NCBI GenBank assembly: GCA_030150665.1 | Contig: JASLFJ010000029.1 | Location: 1 to 63,061 of the forward strand | DNA from: Enterococcaceae bacterium | GTDB lineage: Bacteria > Bacillota > Bacilli > Lactobacillales > Catellicoccaceae | Reading direction: 5' to 3' | DNA: 63,061 bases | Part shown: in pieces, positions 61,958-63,061 of the stretch | Numbering within the stretch: position 1 is the first letter of the stretch | How the letters are laid out: every line of letters begins with the position of its first letter | Notes under the pieces: generated by a model | The model's input: the letters and a program-made list of their open reading frames with translations, nothing else | Told to the model about the DNA's origin: nothing | Database searches by the model: none | Program-made: the position numbers and the translations under genes

Positions 61958-62887
61958 TTACGGTGTATTCGGCATTGATGGTTGATGGTGTTGCTCATCT
62001 TGCTTTTTAGAGGATGCGGTATCATCTTCCTGATCTTTAGGTACTGATCGTGCTTCTAAATGATCAGGATCTAATGTCAGCTGCTTTAAATAAGTGAAAT
62101 ACGCATCATCTGAAATTGACAGAAGATGATAAATAAATTGCTCAACCGAATCATATAATTTAACAACTTCAGCATAACCCATAGAAGTTACAAAATCTTG
62201 TAATTTTAAAGCTTCTAATGTATCTAACTCTGGAAATACAATTCGGTTTAAAATATCAACACGCTCTAATTTATACTCATCATCTAACTGTTCAATTCGT
62301 AATTGATGTTGCTTAATTTTATGTTCTAAAGAAGAGCGTTCTTCTAATACTTCTGGATTTTTAGGCTTTCCAAAAAGCGTTCTTTCTTCTGGTTCTGCAT
62401 CAATTTGCGCTAATTGATGCTTAATACGAAGTAATCGTTCTTTTTCTTTTTCTTTTTTTTCTTGATAATAAGCTTCACTCGTCTGTAATTCTTCTAAAGC
62501 AATCATATTTAATTTAAACACATCTTGATTACGTTCATATTTTTCTAAATAATTAACAACACTTTGTTCTAAAACAACAGTTAAATAAACTACATCAATA
62601 TAACCAAGATGTTCTGCACGATACCAGTGTCCTAAATAAAGGTTAATCTTACCTGAATCAGGATCAAATTCTGTTTTTAAAAATGGAAAATGTTCAGCCA
62701 AATAATCAATGAGTTTAGGATATAATACTTCAGAAAATGATCGTGCTTCTTCTTGTTTTATATCGTCATAATGATGAATTAAATACTGATAAATTCCATA
62801 ATCATTATCTGCAAGTAAAGCATCTTTTAACAAATCTAATTCTACTTTTACTGCTTCTATATGTTTTAATAACGCTTGTTTTGCCAT
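61958..62887 (-). CDS. Hypothetical protein (309 aa) with a central charged coiled-coil and an acidic low-complexity tail, family not recognised
   Basis: ATG 62887 follows GGAGAGAGGA. It is the first gene after the terminator at 63014-63044. Confidence 0.65.
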   Translation of the reverse strand: MAKQALLKHIEAVKVELDLLKDALLADNDYGIYQYLIHHYDDIKQEEARSFSEVLYPKLIDYLAEHFPFLKTEFDPDSGKINLYLGHWYRAEHLGYIDVVYLTVVLEQSVVNYLEKYERNQDVFKLNMIALEELQTSEAYYQEKKEKEKERLLRIKHQLAQIDAEPEERTLFGKPKNPEVLEERSSLEHKIKQHQLRIEQLDDEYKLERVDILNRIVFPELDTLEALKLQDFVTSMGYAEVVKLYDSVEQFIYHLLSISDDAYFTYLKQLTLDPDHLEARSVPKDQEDDTASSKKQDEQHHQPSMPNTP

Positions 62888-63000
62888 ACATCCTCTCTCC
62901 TTAACCAAATCCCTTAACATAAACCTAGTAGTCACTATGTTGTTATTATACAATATCTTAATCAAAAAATCTTTATCCGTTTTTCTAAAAACAAAAGAAC

Positions 63001-63044
63001 TTCATAATAATAAAGAGTTGTTTTCAAAAAAGGAAAACAACTCT
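63001..63044 (-). terminator. Terminator of the gene lying to the right of the window, which insulates the hyp-hyp-lipoprotein-leuS unit
   Basis: 12-bp stem AGAGTTGTTTTC/GAAAACAACTCT with a 7-nt loop, followed on the minus strand by TTTATTATTAT. Confidence 0.7.
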
Positions 63045-63061
63045 GTTTACGTTATCATGAT

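Overview
A 63 kb chromosomal window from a low-GC Firmicute. Gene content and order look Lactobacillales-like (Enterococcus/Carnobacteriaceae-type EF-Tu and CcpA), and the standard genetic code is used. Most of it is densely packed, largely minus-strand housekeeping. In order: mreCD-murB; the ylb cluster (ylaN, ylbC-like, ylbF, ylbG, rsmD, coaD); recO-era-dgkA-ybeY-pgpH-phoH; ksgA-rnmV-tatD-metG; the str operon rpsL-rpsG-fusA-tuf; trmB; def; a two-component system next to ccpA/pepQ; a GH73-LysM autolysin; a CDF transporter; rpiA; gpmA; a MarR-controlled heterodimeric ABC exporter; an APC permease; an orphan LacI regulator; glyQS; cspA; a P-type ATPase; and leuS. The left edge carries a decayed IS200/IS605 element: an apparently intact tnpB 5' part, a tnpA pseudogene and an end hairpin. 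Non-coding features I could read directly are a glycine (GGC) T-box leader before glyQS, a candidate yybP-ykoY (Mn2+) riboswitch with a terminator platform before the P-type ATPase, a consensus MarR promoter with an embedded 12-bp palindrome, and about a dozen rho-independent terminators. The most unusual region is 50.1-55.0 kb, a divergent reactive-sulfur/persulfide locus. One arm is a rhodanese, CoA-persulfide-reductase-like (CoADR-Rhd) and rhodanese operon whose first gene has no canonical start codon. The other arm is a 798-aa four-module protein (CoADR-like, rhodanese, TusA, DsrE-like) whose reductase module appears to have lost its FAD motif and redox cysteine. Both promoters are overlapped by copies of one roughly 30-bp CsoR/CstR-like operator, yet no CstR gene lies in the window. 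Second in interest is leuS. It has no T-box or promoter space of its own and sits 18 nt behind a three-gene module of uncharacterised proteins (309 aa, 306 aa and a 151-aa lipoprotein). No rRNA, tRNA or CRISPR array was seen.
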